DNA of 24,612 nucleotides from Gammaproteobacteria bacterium (GCA_038128465.1 JAYPJO010000002.1:1-24612); one strand, 5' to 3'. Counted from the first letter of the stretch, positions 9,122 to 18,299 are shown. Notes: a model not told the origin generated them from the sequence alone. Numbers and translations are program-made.

Positions 9122-11248
9122 GTGGAGGCACTTATTAACACCATAGAATCGCTTGCCGAAAGTTTGACGGAATACCTGGAGTCTGACCAGGTAAATCTTG
9201 TCAGGCGTGCCTATTATTACGCCGAGCAAGCTCATGATGGCCAATTCCGTATTTCAGGCTCTCCTTATGTAACACATCCGCTAGCTGTTGCTGGCATATT
9301 GCGCGAAATGCACATGGACCATCAGAGTGTCGCTGCCGCCATGTTGCATGATGTGATTGAGGATACCGGCCTGACTAAAGATGCCATTTCCTCCCAGTTT
9401 GGCAACTCGGTGGCTGACATTGTTGATGGTGTCAGCAAATTAAACCGGATCGAATTCAGCACCCGCGCAGAAGCACAGGCTGAGAACTTTCAAAAAATGG
9501 CTCTGGCCATGGCCAAGGATATCCGCGTCATTTTGGTTAAACTGGCAGACCGTATGCATAACATGCGCACACTTTCAGCTTTAAAACCCGAAAAACAAAG
9601 ACGTATAGCTCGGGAAACTCTGGACATTTACGCGCCGATTGCCAACCGCCTGGGCATGAATAATATGCGTATTGAATTTGAACAAAGGGGGTTTGAAGCA
9701 CTCTACCCGATGCGTGCGCGCCGTCTTGAAGCCGCCGTAAAAAGCATAGCCGGTAACCGTAAGGAAATTGTTTTACAAATAGAGTCAGCCCTGACTGCCT
9801 GCCTGCAAAGAGAGGGCCTGACTGGCAGGGTGCTGGGGCGTGAAAAGCATATTTACAGTATATATAAAAAAATGCGTGATAAGCGCATCTCCTTTCGAGA
9901 AATAACGGATGTTTTTGCCTTTCGCATCATTACCGACGAAGTAGATACCTGCTATCGAATTCTCGGAGCAGTACATAATCTTTACAAGCCTGTACCGGGA
10001 CGCTTTAAGGATTATATTGCTATTCCTAAAGTGAATGGTTATCAGTCGCTGCATACCACCTTGTTCAGTATTCATGCCATCCCGATTGAAATCCAGATCC
10101 GAACAGAAGATATGGAAGCCATGGCCAACAATGGTATTGCCGCCCATTGGCTGTATAAATCTGAAGAAGAGCTGCCTAACCAAAGCCATATCAGGGCCAG
10201 ACAATGGGTGCAGGATTTGCTGGAGATGCAAAAACAAGCAGGAGACTCTCAGGAATTTATCGAACATGTAAAAACCGATTTATTTCCTGACGAAATTTAT
10301 GTATTTACTCCCAAAGGAGCCATCCTGGAACTACCGGCAGGATCTACAGCAGTTGATTTTGCTTATGCCGTACACACTGACGTTGGCAACTCCTGTGTCG
10401 CCTGCCGTATCAACCGCCGACTGGCGCCACTGAGTGAAGTCCTGCAGAGTGGACAGACAGTTGAGATTATTGCCTCCGGAGTTTATCCAAACCCAGCCTG
10501 GCTGAATTTTGTTGTTACAGGCAAAGCACGCAGCAATATTCGACATTATTTGAAAAAACAGCGGCGCTCTGAAGCCATAACCCTGGGCCGGCGCTTACTC
10601 AATAAAACACTCGCCGGCTTTGGCTACAATCTTTCCAATATCCCCAAAACCAAAGTTGGCGGTTTGTTGGAAGAAACTGATTTCGATGTGATGGATGATT
10701 TGTTGGAAGATATTGGGCTTGGAAACCGCATGGCCTATATCGTAGCGCGTCGGTTGTTACCTAATGACGGCCTGGATAATCAGGCCGCTGATGAAAATGA
10801 TGCCGCACTGGCAATACATGGCGGAGAAGGCATGGTGATGTCATTTGCTAAATGTTGCCATCCTATTCCGGGTGATCATATTGTTGGTTATATCAGCGCT
10901 GGAAAAGGCATGGTGGTGCATATTGAAAGCTGTAACAATGTAGCCGAAATTCTTAATGACCCCAAAAAATATCTGGCGCTGCGCTGGGATCCGGGCGTGG
11001 AAGGGGAATTTCCGGTTGAACTGCGAGTCGAAATAGAACATCAGCGCGGCCTGATTGCAACGCTGGCAAATGCCATAACCTCATGTGAAGCAAACATTGA
11101 TAAAATCAGCACTGAAGACCGAGACGCGCAGTTCAGCATAGTCAATCTGACAATTAACGTCAGAAACAGAATCCATCTTGCCAATGTAATGAAAAGGGTG
11201 CGTGTGTTGAAACCTGTGTTAAAAGTCAGCAGGATCAAGAAAAATTAA
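9122..11248 (+). CDS. spoT: Bifunctional (p)ppGpp synthetase/hydrolase SpoT (true start possibly ATT 9134)
   Basis: Intact HD hydrolase motif HP...LHDVIED, synthetase region GREKHIYSIY/DVFAFRI/YQSLHTT/EIQIRT, TGS (VFTPKG...DFAYAVHT), ZFD (AKCCHPIPGD), ACT domain; downstream of rpoZ. Confidence 0.97.
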   Translation: MEALINTIESLAESLTEYLESDQVNLVRRAYYYAEQAHDGQFRISGSPYVTHPLAVAGILREMHMDHQSVAAAMLHDVIEDTGLTKDAISSQFGNSVADIVDGVSKLNRIEFSTRAEAQAENFQKMALAMAKDIRVILVKLADRMHNMRTLSALKPEKQRRIARETLDIYAPIANRLGMNNMRIEFEQRGFEALYPMRARRLEAAVKSIAGNRKEIVLQIESALTACLQREGLTGRVLGREKHIYSIYKKMRDKRISFREITDVFAFRIITDEVDTCYRILGAVHNLYKPVPGRFKDYIAIPKVNGYQSLHTTLFSIHAIPIEIQIRTEDMEAMANNGIAAHWLYKSEEELPNQSHIRARQWVQDLLEMQKQAGDSQEFIEHVKTDLFPDEIYVFTPKGAILELPAGSTAVDFAYAVHTDVGNSCVACRINRRLAPLSEVLQSGQTVEIIASGVYPNPAWLNFVVTGKARSNIRHYLKKQRRSEAITLGRRLLNKTLAGFGYNLSNIPKTKVGGLLEETDFDVMDDLLEDIGLGNRMAYIVARRLLPNDGLDNQAADENDAALAIHGGEGMVMSFAKCCHPIPGDHIVGYISAGKGMVVHIESCNNVAEILNDPKKYLALRWDPGVEGEFPVELRVEIEHQRGLIATLANAITSCEANIDKISTEDRDAQFSIVNLTINVRNRIHLANVMKRVRVLKPVLKVSRIKKN
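9124..9128 (+). promoter_or_regulatory. Shine-Dalgarno GGAGG probably serving an ATT codon at 9134 (spoT)
   Basis: Perfect GGAGG overlaps the ORF-track GTG at 9122 and lies 5 nt before in-frame ATT 9134-9136. No purine-rich SD upstream of 9122. Confidence 0.55.
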
Positions 11249-11510
11249 TCAGGCATTTATTCTCTGCTGCTTGATCGCTTCCTCGGTAGCAATAACAAAC
11301 TTTTTTGCCTCTGCGCTTGGCACAGCCTGACTGAAAATATAGCCCTGAACCACGGGACAATTTAGCTGGCGTAAATAACGTAACTGATAATCCTGCTCAA
11401 CACCTTTTGGCTTCACCTTCCAGCGCCAACCCTTTTAAAAGCAGCTCTGGTAGTGAAAAGGCTCTGAACAGATGAAATTTGTCTAGAATAGCGTTGACTG
11501 GTTCGGACAT
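11249..11510 (-). pseudogene. Remnant of an EAL-domain (c-di-GMP phosphodiesterase) gene: internally deleted and frameshifted
   Basis: Not in the ORF track. ATG 11510 (preceded by AAAGGGG) gives MSEPVNAILDKFHLFRAFSLPELLLKGLALEGEAKRC*. A +1 shift at the A4 run (11405-11408) gives GVEQDYQLRYLRQLNCPVVQGYIFSQAVPSAEAKKFVIATEEAIKQQRINA* (TGA 11249-11251), the C-terminal GVE...Q...L..L.C..VQGY.FS.AVP signature of EAL domains. Span is 262 nt = 87 codons + 1. Confidence 0.85.
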
Positions 11511-11676
11511 AGCCCCTTTGTATTGCCTACTGTGCACCTGACCCACAAACCCTCATCAGATTCTACAGTAGGTCCTTCACAGGGTCACGATTAAGTATGA
11601 AGCATTTGTGTTATTTTCCGCTCTTATTTGCTTTTACAAATTAGCGCCCGATTTAAAAAACTCCTAGAATAAAATC

Positions 11677-13785
11677 ATGTCTCGTCACACGCCAAACACT
11701 TCAACATCGCAACTTGCACAAATGCCATTAACGGTATTACAAGGTGTTGGTCCAGCGCTGGAGCAGAAGTTTGCCAGCATGAATATTCATGTTGTGCTTG
11801 ATTTGCTTTTTCATTTGCCGAAACGGTATCAGGACAGAACACATGTCAGTGCTATTGCCGGGTTGCAGGTAGGTTCCGATGTTGTCATTGAGGGCAAAAT
11901 AGTTGGTAGCGCAATAGTATTTGGTCGGCGTCGCAGCCTGCTGGTCAAAATCCAGGACCAGAGCGGCGTTGCCAATTTACGTTTCTTTCATTTTAGCGCT
12001 GCCCAAAAAAGCAGTTTTGTCGATGGCAGGCGAATACGCTGTTTTGGCGAGGTACGCTGGGGTCGCAGCGGTATTGAGCTGTATCACCCGGAATATAAGA
12101 TAGTCGATGAGCAGGATACTTTTCTCACTGAAACAAGCCTCACACCTGTTTATCCTGCCACAGAAGGCCTGCAACAAAACCGCCTTCGTAGCACCATAGA
12201 ACAGGCACTGATGTTATTAGATCAAAATGCCGGTTTAACCGATTATTTGCCTGCCGAACTTAACCGAAAATTTGGTATAAACAGCCTGAAGGATGCTCTG
12301 ATTTATATCCACCACCCGCCTCGGGAAGCGCCACGTGAAGAACTTGAGATGGGTATGCATCCAGCACAGCAACGTCTGGCATTTGAAGAGCTTTTGGCGC
12401 ATTACCTGTGCCTGCGGCGATTGCGTGATAGTGCCCAGCAGGAACAGGCTCCGCCAATGGAGCCTGAGTCCTCTCTGGTTCAGACTTTGCTCGCTAAGCT
12501 CCCTTTCGATCTTACCCGCGCTCAGCAAAATGTATTTAGGGAAGTCAGTCATGACCTTGCCGGCAACAAACCCATGTTGAGGCTGGTGCAGGGTGATGTC
12601 GGTTCCGGCAAAACCATTGTTTCCATACTTGCTGCCCTGCAAGCCGTTGCCAGCAATTTTCAGGTTGCCGTTATGGCGCCGACCGAAATCTTGGCGGAAC
12701 AGCATTTCCTTATATTCAATGATTTGCTGGAAAGCCTTGGTATACAGATAAGCTTTTTAAGCAGCAAGGTCAAAGGCAAAAAGCGCGCAGAAACACTTGG
12801 TTTTATCAGTGCAGGGCAGGCGCAGATTGTAGTTGGTACCCATGCTTTGTTTCAGAATGAAGTGGAGTTTTACAGGCTGGGATTACTAATCATTGATGAA
12901 CAGCACCGCTTCGGGGTGCATCAGCGCCTGGCTCTTCGTGAAAAGGGCCAGCGCCAGAGTGAAAACCCGCATCAGCTTATCATGACAGCGACGCCGATAC
13001 CGCGAACCCTGATGATGAGCGCCTATGCAGACCTGGACTGTTCCATAATAGACGAGTTGCCTCCTGGCAGAAGCCCTGTTAATACAGTATTGCTCGCCGA
13101 TAACCGTCGTCCCCAAATTATAGAAAGAATCCGCGAGGCCTGTTCTTCTGGCCGCCAGGCTTACTGGGTATGTACGCTTATTGAAGAATCTGAACTGCTG
13201 CAGTGTCAGGCTGCCGAAGTGAGTTTTGCCATGCTAAAGGAGCAGCTTCAGGGCATACAGGTAGGCCTTATTCATGGACGCATGAAAGCCAGGGAAAAAT
13301 CAGAGATCATGGAGCAGTTTAAAGCAGGGACGCTGCAGCTTCTGGTTGCAACGACCGTCATTGAAGTGGGCGTCGATGTGCCCAATGCTTCCCTGATGAT
13401 TATTGAAAACCCGGAACGCCTTGGCTTAGCGCAATTACATCAGTTGCGTGGCCGTGTTGGCAGGGGTAGTGAACAAAGCCATTGCCTCTTGCTTTACCAG
13501 AAACCATTGTCTGAACTCAGCAAACAACGCCTTGAGATCATGCGCGGAAGTAATGACGGTTTTTTTATTGCGCAAAAAGATATGGAAATACGAGGGCCTG
13601 GGGAAGTGCTAGGGACCAGGCAAACCGGCCTGATGTCTCATAAAATTGCCAACCTTGGCCGTGACGCGAACTTGCTAGACGATGTAAAAGTCTGGGGCGA
13701 ACGTCTGCGCAGTCAGCAACCGGCTGCTACCTCCCCCCTGATTAATCGCTGGCTATCGGTCAATCAGCAGTATGGCAAGGTTTAG
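11677..13785 (+). CDS. recG: ATP-dependent DNA helicase RecG
   Basis: LLFHLPKRYQDRT, wedge domain, RLVQGDVGSGKT, MAPTEILAEQH, IIDEQHRFG, MTATPIPRTL, QLHQLRGRVGRG, TRG motif region. Confidence 0.98.
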   Translation: MSRHTPNTSTSQLAQMPLTVLQGVGPALEQKFASMNIHVVLDLLFHLPKRYQDRTHVSAIAGLQVGSDVVIEGKIVGSAIVFGRRRSLLVKIQDQSGVANLRFFHFSAAQKSSFVDGRRIRCFGEVRWGRSGIELYHPEYKIVDEQDTFLTETSLTPVYPATEGLQQNRLRSTIEQALMLLDQNAGLTDYLPAELNRKFGINSLKDALIYIHHPPREAPREELEMGMHPAQQRLAFEELLAHYLCLRRLRDSAQQEQAPPMEPESSLVQTLLAKLPFDLTRAQQNVFREVSHDLAGNKPMLRLVQGDVGSGKTIVSILAALQAVASNFQVAVMAPTEILAEQHFLIFNDLLESLGIQISFLSSKVKGKKRAETLGFISAGQAQIVVGTHALFQNEVEFYRLGLLIIDEQHRFGVHQRLALREKGQRQSENPHQLIMTATPIPRTLMMSAYADLDCSIIDELPPGRSPVNTVLLADNRRPQIIERIREACSSGRQAYWVCTLIEESELLQCQAAEVSFAMLKEQLQGIQVGLIHGRMKAREKSEIMEQFKAGTLQLLVATTVIEVGVDVPNASLMIIENPERLGLAQLHQLRGRVGRGSEQSHCLLLYQKPLSELSKQRLEIMRGSNDGFFIAQKDMEIRGPGEVLGTRQTGLMSHKIANLGRDANLLDDVKVWGERLRSQQPAATSPLINRWLSVNQQYGKV

Positions 13786-15098
13786 AGCGCCTCAGATTCA
13801 TTCGCTGCAGTGCCAAACTCATCAGGCTCCAGTATCCCGGGCTCACCCAGCCGTTTGGCAATAATCACAGCACCGCAGGAGTCGCTGAATATGTTTACCG
13901 CTGTTCGGAACATGTCCAGTATACGATCGGTTACCAGCAATAAACCTATAGCCTCTATCGGCAATCCAATGGCGGTCAGTATAACAGTAATGGCTACCAG
14001 GCTCGCCGCTGGAATGCCGGCAACGCCAATGGAAGTTAACAAGGCAATGAGGACAATTGAGAACTGGGTAGCAAAACTAAGCTCCAGACCATAGGCCTGT
14101 GCCAGAAAAATTGCTGCAACACACTCATACAATGCAGTGCCATCCATATTAACTGTCGCGCCCAGCGGCAGGACAAAGCTTGTGGTCTTTTCTGAAACGC
14201 CAGCCTTTTTTTCCATGCACTCCATGGTCAAAGGCAGGGTGGCAGATGATGAAGCAGTAGAAAACGCCGTCAAAACAGCCGGGGCCATCGCCTTGTACTG
14301 AGCTATTGGATTTACCCCGCCCAGGTATTTTAATAACAGGGGCATAACAAGCAATACGTGGGTCATCAGCGCCAGCAGCACGGTAATAAAAAATACCAGC
14401 ATCGGCTGAAACGCTGCAAAACCTGTTGAGGCTACTGTTTCAGCTACCAGGCCAAACACGCCATATGGCGCAAAGCGCATTATCCACATGGTCATACGCA
14501 TCATTGTTTCTGAGATTCCCTGCCAGAAATTCAGCAAAACTTCGCCCTGACGATTGGGAATCTGGGTCATAAAGTAACCGAAAACCAGGGAGAAAAAAAT
14601 CAGCCCTAACATCTGGCCATTGGCGGCTGCAGCAACGACATTGGTTGGAATCATACGCAGAAAAATTGCTGCGACATCTCTTGCGCCCCGCCCTTCAAAA
14701 CTGGCTACTGTATTGGCTACAGCGCCCTCATCCAGGGTAAGATTTAAGCTGGCGCCAACGGCTTCGCCGTTGCCGATTCCCGGGCTTATTAAATTCACAA
14801 AAAACAGGCCAACCAGAATCGCCAGCAAGCTGGTCATCGCATAATAGCCCAGTGTCATACCGCCCAGTTTGCCAAGGTCTCTGCGGCCTCCCATATTGGC
14901 TACTCCGCAGATTATTGATGCCATAATCAACGGGACAATTATCATGCGCAGGGCGTTCAGGAACATGGTGCCAATGAAGTCATACATGGCCACAAAAGTG
15001 ACGCCAAAGATTCCTGACTCCGTACCGGTAAGTTGTCCGCAAATAAATGCCATCAATATGGCTATTAAAATTTGCCAGTGTAGTTTTAGTTTTTTCAT
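13782..15098 (-). CDS. DAACS-family dicarboxylate/acidic amino acid:cation symporter (GltPh/GltT-like)
   Basis: AFSTASSSATLP (HP1), GATVNMDGTALY (TM7 NMDGT) and DRILDMFRTAVN (TM8, with the Arg that selects acidic substrates in GltPh). Stop overlaps the recG stop by 4 nt. Confidence 0.92.
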   Translation of the reverse strand: MKKLKLHWQILIAILMAFICGQLTGTESGIFGVTFVAMYDFIGTMFLNALRMIIVPLIMASIICGVANMGGRRDLGKLGGMTLGYYAMTSLLAILVGLFFVNLISPGIGNGEAVGASLNLTLDEGAVANTVASFEGRGARDVAAIFLRMIPTNVVAAAANGQMLGLIFFSLVFGYFMTQIPNRQGEVLLNFWQGISETMMRMTMWIMRFAPYGVFGLVAETVASTGFAAFQPMLVFFITVLLALMTHVLLVMPLLLKYLGGVNPIAQYKAMAPAVLTAFSTASSSATLPLTMECMEKKAGVSEKTTSFVLPLGATVNMDGTALYECVAAIFLAQAYGLELSFATQFSIVLIALLTSIGVAGIPAASLVAITVILTAIGLPIEAIGLLLVTDRILDMFRTAVNIFSDSCGAVIIAKRLGEPGILEPDEFGTAANESEAL

Positions 15099-15125
15099 GG
15101 CTTGCTCCTATTTAAACAGTGCTAT

Positions 15126-15154
15126 TTCTTATATTCAATGCATCTGTCTATAAT
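15126..15154 (+). promoter_or_regulatory. Candidate sigma70 promoter for ubiA
   Basis: Perfect TATAAT at 15149-15154 with TTCTTA 17 nt upstream (weak -35), inside the 81-nt divergent gap. Confidence 0.3.
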
Positions 15155-15179
15155 TGCTCCTCATTGAAAAGTTGAGCGT

Positions 15180-16130
15180 ATGTCAGCACAAGCCTTATTA
15201 AAAAAATCTCAGGAAAAATTCAGCGCTTTTCAGCAAAAGCTGTGGCAGAGGATACAAAAGCAATCCCCGCTGATCGGTGCCAAATTACCGCTGTACTGGG
15301 ACCTAACCCGGATGAACCGGCCGATCGGTTACTTTCTGGTTTTATGGCCTACACTCTGGAGCCTATGGATTGCCGGAGACGGCAGGCCTCAATTTAAATT
15401 GGTGATTATCTTCACCATTGGTACGATATTGATGCGCGCCGCTGGCTGTTGCATCAATGACTATGCTGACCGTGATTTTGATGGCCATGTTGCCAGGACT
15501 AAAGAGCGCCCTCTTGCGAGTAAAGAAATAAAGCCGCAGGAAGCTTTGTGGCTATGTGCATCATTATGCGCCGTTTCTTTTTTGCTGGTCTTGCTGACCA
15601 ACACCCTGACCATATTATTGGCTTTTGGTGCCCTGGGGCTTACCCTAATTTACCCCTTTATGAAGCGCTATACTCATTTGCCTCAGGTTGTTTTGGGGGC
15701 GGCATTTTCATGGGGCAGTCTGATGGCTTTTACAGCTCAAACCGGGGCATTGCCTGCACAAGCCTGGCTTTTGTATCTGGCAACCCTGTTCTGGACCATT
15801 GCCTTTGATACCCAATATGCCATGGTGGATCGTGAATATGATCTGAAAGTTGGGATTAAGTCTACTGCGATTCTGTTTGCCGAAGCGGATATTTATGTAA
15901 TCGCTTTTCTGCAGACATTCTCGATTATAACCCTTGCCTTTTGTGCCGGTTATTTTCAACTGGGCAACTGGTTTCAGTTTGGGCTCTTGCTCGCAGCGGG
16001 CCTATTCATTTACCAGCACACACTGACCTGGGATCGTCAACCGGATCAATGTTTTAAAGCCTTCATGAATAATAACCAGGTAGGGCTTGTAATTTTTATC
16101 TTTACAGTTATCGATTTTCTGCTTCGTTAA
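15180..16130 (+). CDS. ubiA: 4-hydroxybenzoate octaprenyltransferase
   Basis: LTRMNRPIG..L..WP, AGCCINDYADRDFDGHVARTKERPL, YPFMKRYT, DTQYAMVDREYD motifs; multiple TM helices. Confidence 0.96.
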   Translation: MSAQALLKKSQEKFSAFQQKLWQRIQKQSPLIGAKLPLYWDLTRMNRPIGYFLVLWPTLWSLWIAGDGRPQFKLVIIFTIGTILMRAAGCCINDYADRDFDGHVARTKERPLASKEIKPQEALWLCASLCAVSFLLVLLTNTLTILLAFGALGLTLIYPFMKRYTHLPQVVLGAAFSWGSLMAFTAQTGALPAQAWLLYLATLFWTIAFDTQYAMVDREYDLKVGIKSTAILFAEADIYVIAFLQTFSIITLAFCAGYFQLGNWFQFGLLLAAGLFIYQHTLTWDRQPDQCFKAFMNNNQVGLVIFIFTVIDFLLR

Positions 16131-16174
16131 GCAGATGGCAATTATCTGTATAGGTTTAACTACCATTTCATTTG

Positions 16175-17032
16175 CTATGGCTTTTGCCATTGTGTTGAAG
16201 CGCCGAGGTTGGCTAATACCGTCATGCCCTGATCATAATTTCTGCCCACTGAATCAACGCCATGTGAATCATCACCAGGAACCAGCGCTATTTCTTTGGC
16301 AATTGCCTTTTTTACAATAGACAGTGACGGATACTGCTCAAGACCTTTATCAAAGCCCCTCAAATTAAAATCCATAATCACGTTATTCTCAGCCAAATAA
16401 TCTAGGTTACGGTCTATTCTGGCAACGACTTTTTTATCGGCCATTGTGCTCAGATAGTTCTGATCAAATACCCTGATTAAATCAAAGTGTGCAACTACAG
16501 CTGGATTAAAGGTCTCCAGCATCGTTAATTGCTCATCAAAATAATCACAGTAAAGTTGTACATGATTTCCTGCAGCTGAAAGTGCCTGCTGATAATGCTC
16601 CCTATCAAAATCAATGCAGATACCATTAACATGGTGCAGCGAGCCGAGCAAATAATCAGGCTGATATTGCTCAATAAGCGCCTGCACATATGCTGTGGAA
16701 CCTGGATAAGTCTCTATCTCAAAGGCCAGAAAAAGCTCTATATGATCCCTGTATTTTTGCTGTAACTCGCGGCCAAGCTGAAAATATCTGGTAAAACGCT
16801 GTTTTAATGTTGTTGCACTAAGGCCGGCTTCTATTTCATCAGGGTAGCGCATGCTGTCAGAGATTGGCGGGATATGTTCAGTGATGCCGACCCATGAAAA
16901 ACCCTGCTCAATATAGGCTTTGATAACGCTTTCTAGGTCATCCTGGGCATGCTGACAAAACTGACCGCTGTGCCCGCCATGAACAGATACCTTTTCTGCT
17001 GATGAGATTATTTTTTGTATGTCTTTGTTCAT
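16175..17032 (-). CDS. PHP-family (HisJ/HisK-type) histidinol-phosphatase
   Basis: VSVHGGHSGQFCQHA, GITEH, FEIE, GSLHHV, HFDLIR, GDDSHG metal-binding motifs of PHP phosphatases. ATG at 17032; an in-frame TTG at 17041 is an alternative start. Substrate is inferred from family. Confidence 0.8.
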   Translation of the reverse strand: MNKDIQKIISSAEKVSVHGGHSGQFCQHAQDDLESVIKAYIEQGFSWVGITEHIPPISDSMRYPDEIEAGLSATTLKQRFTRYFQLGRELQQKYRDHIELFLAFEIETYPGSTAYVQALIEQYQPDYLLGSLHHVNGICIDFDREHYQQALSAAGNHVQLYCDYFDEQLTMLETFNPAVVAHFDLIRVFDQNYLSTMADKKVVARIDRNLDYLAENNVIMDFNLRGFDKGLEQYPSLSIVKKAIAKEIALVPGDDSHGVDSVGRNYDQGMTVLANLGASTQWQKP

Positions 17033-17121
17033 GTTTCCCAATCTTGTAAACTGATGATCACAGGCCGGACTTCCGCCTCCACCTTAACCTATTATCGCTT
17101 GCCAATAAACCATCGGCTGAC

Positions 17122-18279
17122 ATGAGCCAGGAATACCAAACAAGATTTATAGACAGCGTTGCGTATATTTCTCCATCAGAATGGAATAATACTGTTGCAA
17201 CAGACTACCCTTTTTTACAGCATGCTTTTTTGTATGCTCTTGAAGAAAGTGGCAGCGCCAGTGCAGCTTCTGGCTGGCAGCCAATGCATGTGGTCGTCCG
17301 AGACCAGGCCGAAAATTTACTGGCGGTTATGCCCCTTTACCTGAAAAACAATTCAATGGGGGAGTATGTTTTCGACTGGGCATGGGCTGATGCCTACTAT
17401 CAGCATGGGCTGGAATATTTTCCAAAATTTGTTACTGCAATTCCCTTCACACCTTCTACTGGGCCAAGAATATGTATTGCTTCTGGCGCCGACCAGCAAA
17501 AAATTATCGCCGAAATTATTTTACAGGTACAGCTAAAGGCAGAAGCACTGAAGGCATCAAGCTGGCATATCCTTTTCCCTGACAAGGATCTATCTGAAGT
17601 ACTTGCCGGCCAGGGTTTAATGCAAAGACAGGCGTGCCAATATCAATGGTTCAATCATAACTACACCGACTTTAATAATTTCCTGCAGAGTTTTTCTTCA
17701 CGTAAACGTAAAAACCTGAACAAGGAGAGAAAAAAAATCCAGGAGAATGATATTCAGTTTGAATGGTTGCAGGGCAATGATATTTCCCCTGAACAATGGC
17801 AGGCCTTCTATCGTTTTTATCAAAATACTTATCTGGTCCGTGGCCGCACTGCCTATCTAAACCTGTCTTTTTTCCTGGAGCTTTCGCGATTAATGCCAGA
17901 AAATATTTTGCTGGTTATGGCCAAAAAAAATAATGTCTATATTGCTGGGGCCTTAAGCTTTAAAGATCAACACGCTCTGTATGGTCGCTATTGGGGCTGC
18001 GATGAGGAATGGCAGTTTCTGCATTTTGAAACCTGCTATTATCAGGGTATCGAATATTGTATTCAAAACGGTCTGCAAAAGTTTGACTCCGGGGCACAGG
18101 GTGAGCACAAAATTCAGCGCGGCTTTGAGCCTGTACTGACCTACTCCAATCATTGGATATCTCACCCGGAATTCAGTAATGCCATCGACAGGTTTATAGC
18201 TGAGGAAAAAAACCACATCGCTCATTATCAGCAGGTGGCTCAAAAATATCTGCCCTATAAAAAATCCAATAATCATTAA
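17122..18279 (+). CDS. FemAB-like / GNAT-fold protein (DUF482-type, function unknown)
   Basis: PLYLKNNSMGEYVFDWAWADAY, AIPFTPSTGPR, RKRKNLNKER, LYGRYWG, LHFETCYYQGIEYCI, GAQGEHKIQRGF. Confidence 0.88.
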   Translation: MSQEYQTRFIDSVAYISPSEWNNTVATDYPFLQHAFLYALEESGSASAASGWQPMHVVVRDQAENLLAVMPLYLKNNSMGEYVFDWAWADAYYQHGLEYFPKFVTAIPFTPSTGPRICIASGADQQKIIAEIILQVQLKAEALKASSWHILFPDKDLSEVLAGQGLMQRQACQYQWFNHNYTDFNNFLQSFSSRKRKNLNKERKKIQENDIQFEWLQGNDISPEQWQAFYRFYQNTYLVRGRTAYLNLSFFLELSRLMPENILLVMAKKNNVYIAGALSFKDQHALYGRYWGCDEEWQFLHFETCYYQGIEYCIQNGLQKFDSGAQGEHKIQRGFEPVLTYSNHWISHPEFSNAIDRFIAEEKNHIAHYQQVAQKYLPYKKSNNH

Positions 18280-18285
18280 ATCGCC

Positions 18286-18299
18286 TTGATCAAGCTCAA
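18286..18299 (+). promoter_or_regulatory. Possible FNR/Anr-type box upstream of DUF4404
   Basis: TTGAT-CAAG-CTCAA, one mismatch to TTGAT-N4-ATCAA, intergenic. No convincing -10 at class II spacing. Confidence 0.3.

Noticed and set aside
11552-11559. CTGATGAG on the minus strand resembling a hammerhead ribozyme core
   Set aside because: No stem II followed by GAAA and no compatible stem III/cleavage triplet.
16131-16149. Hairpin GCAGAT-GGCAATT-ATCTGT between ubiA and the PHP gene
   Set aside because: A short, AT-rich stem with no U-tract; too weak to call a terminator.
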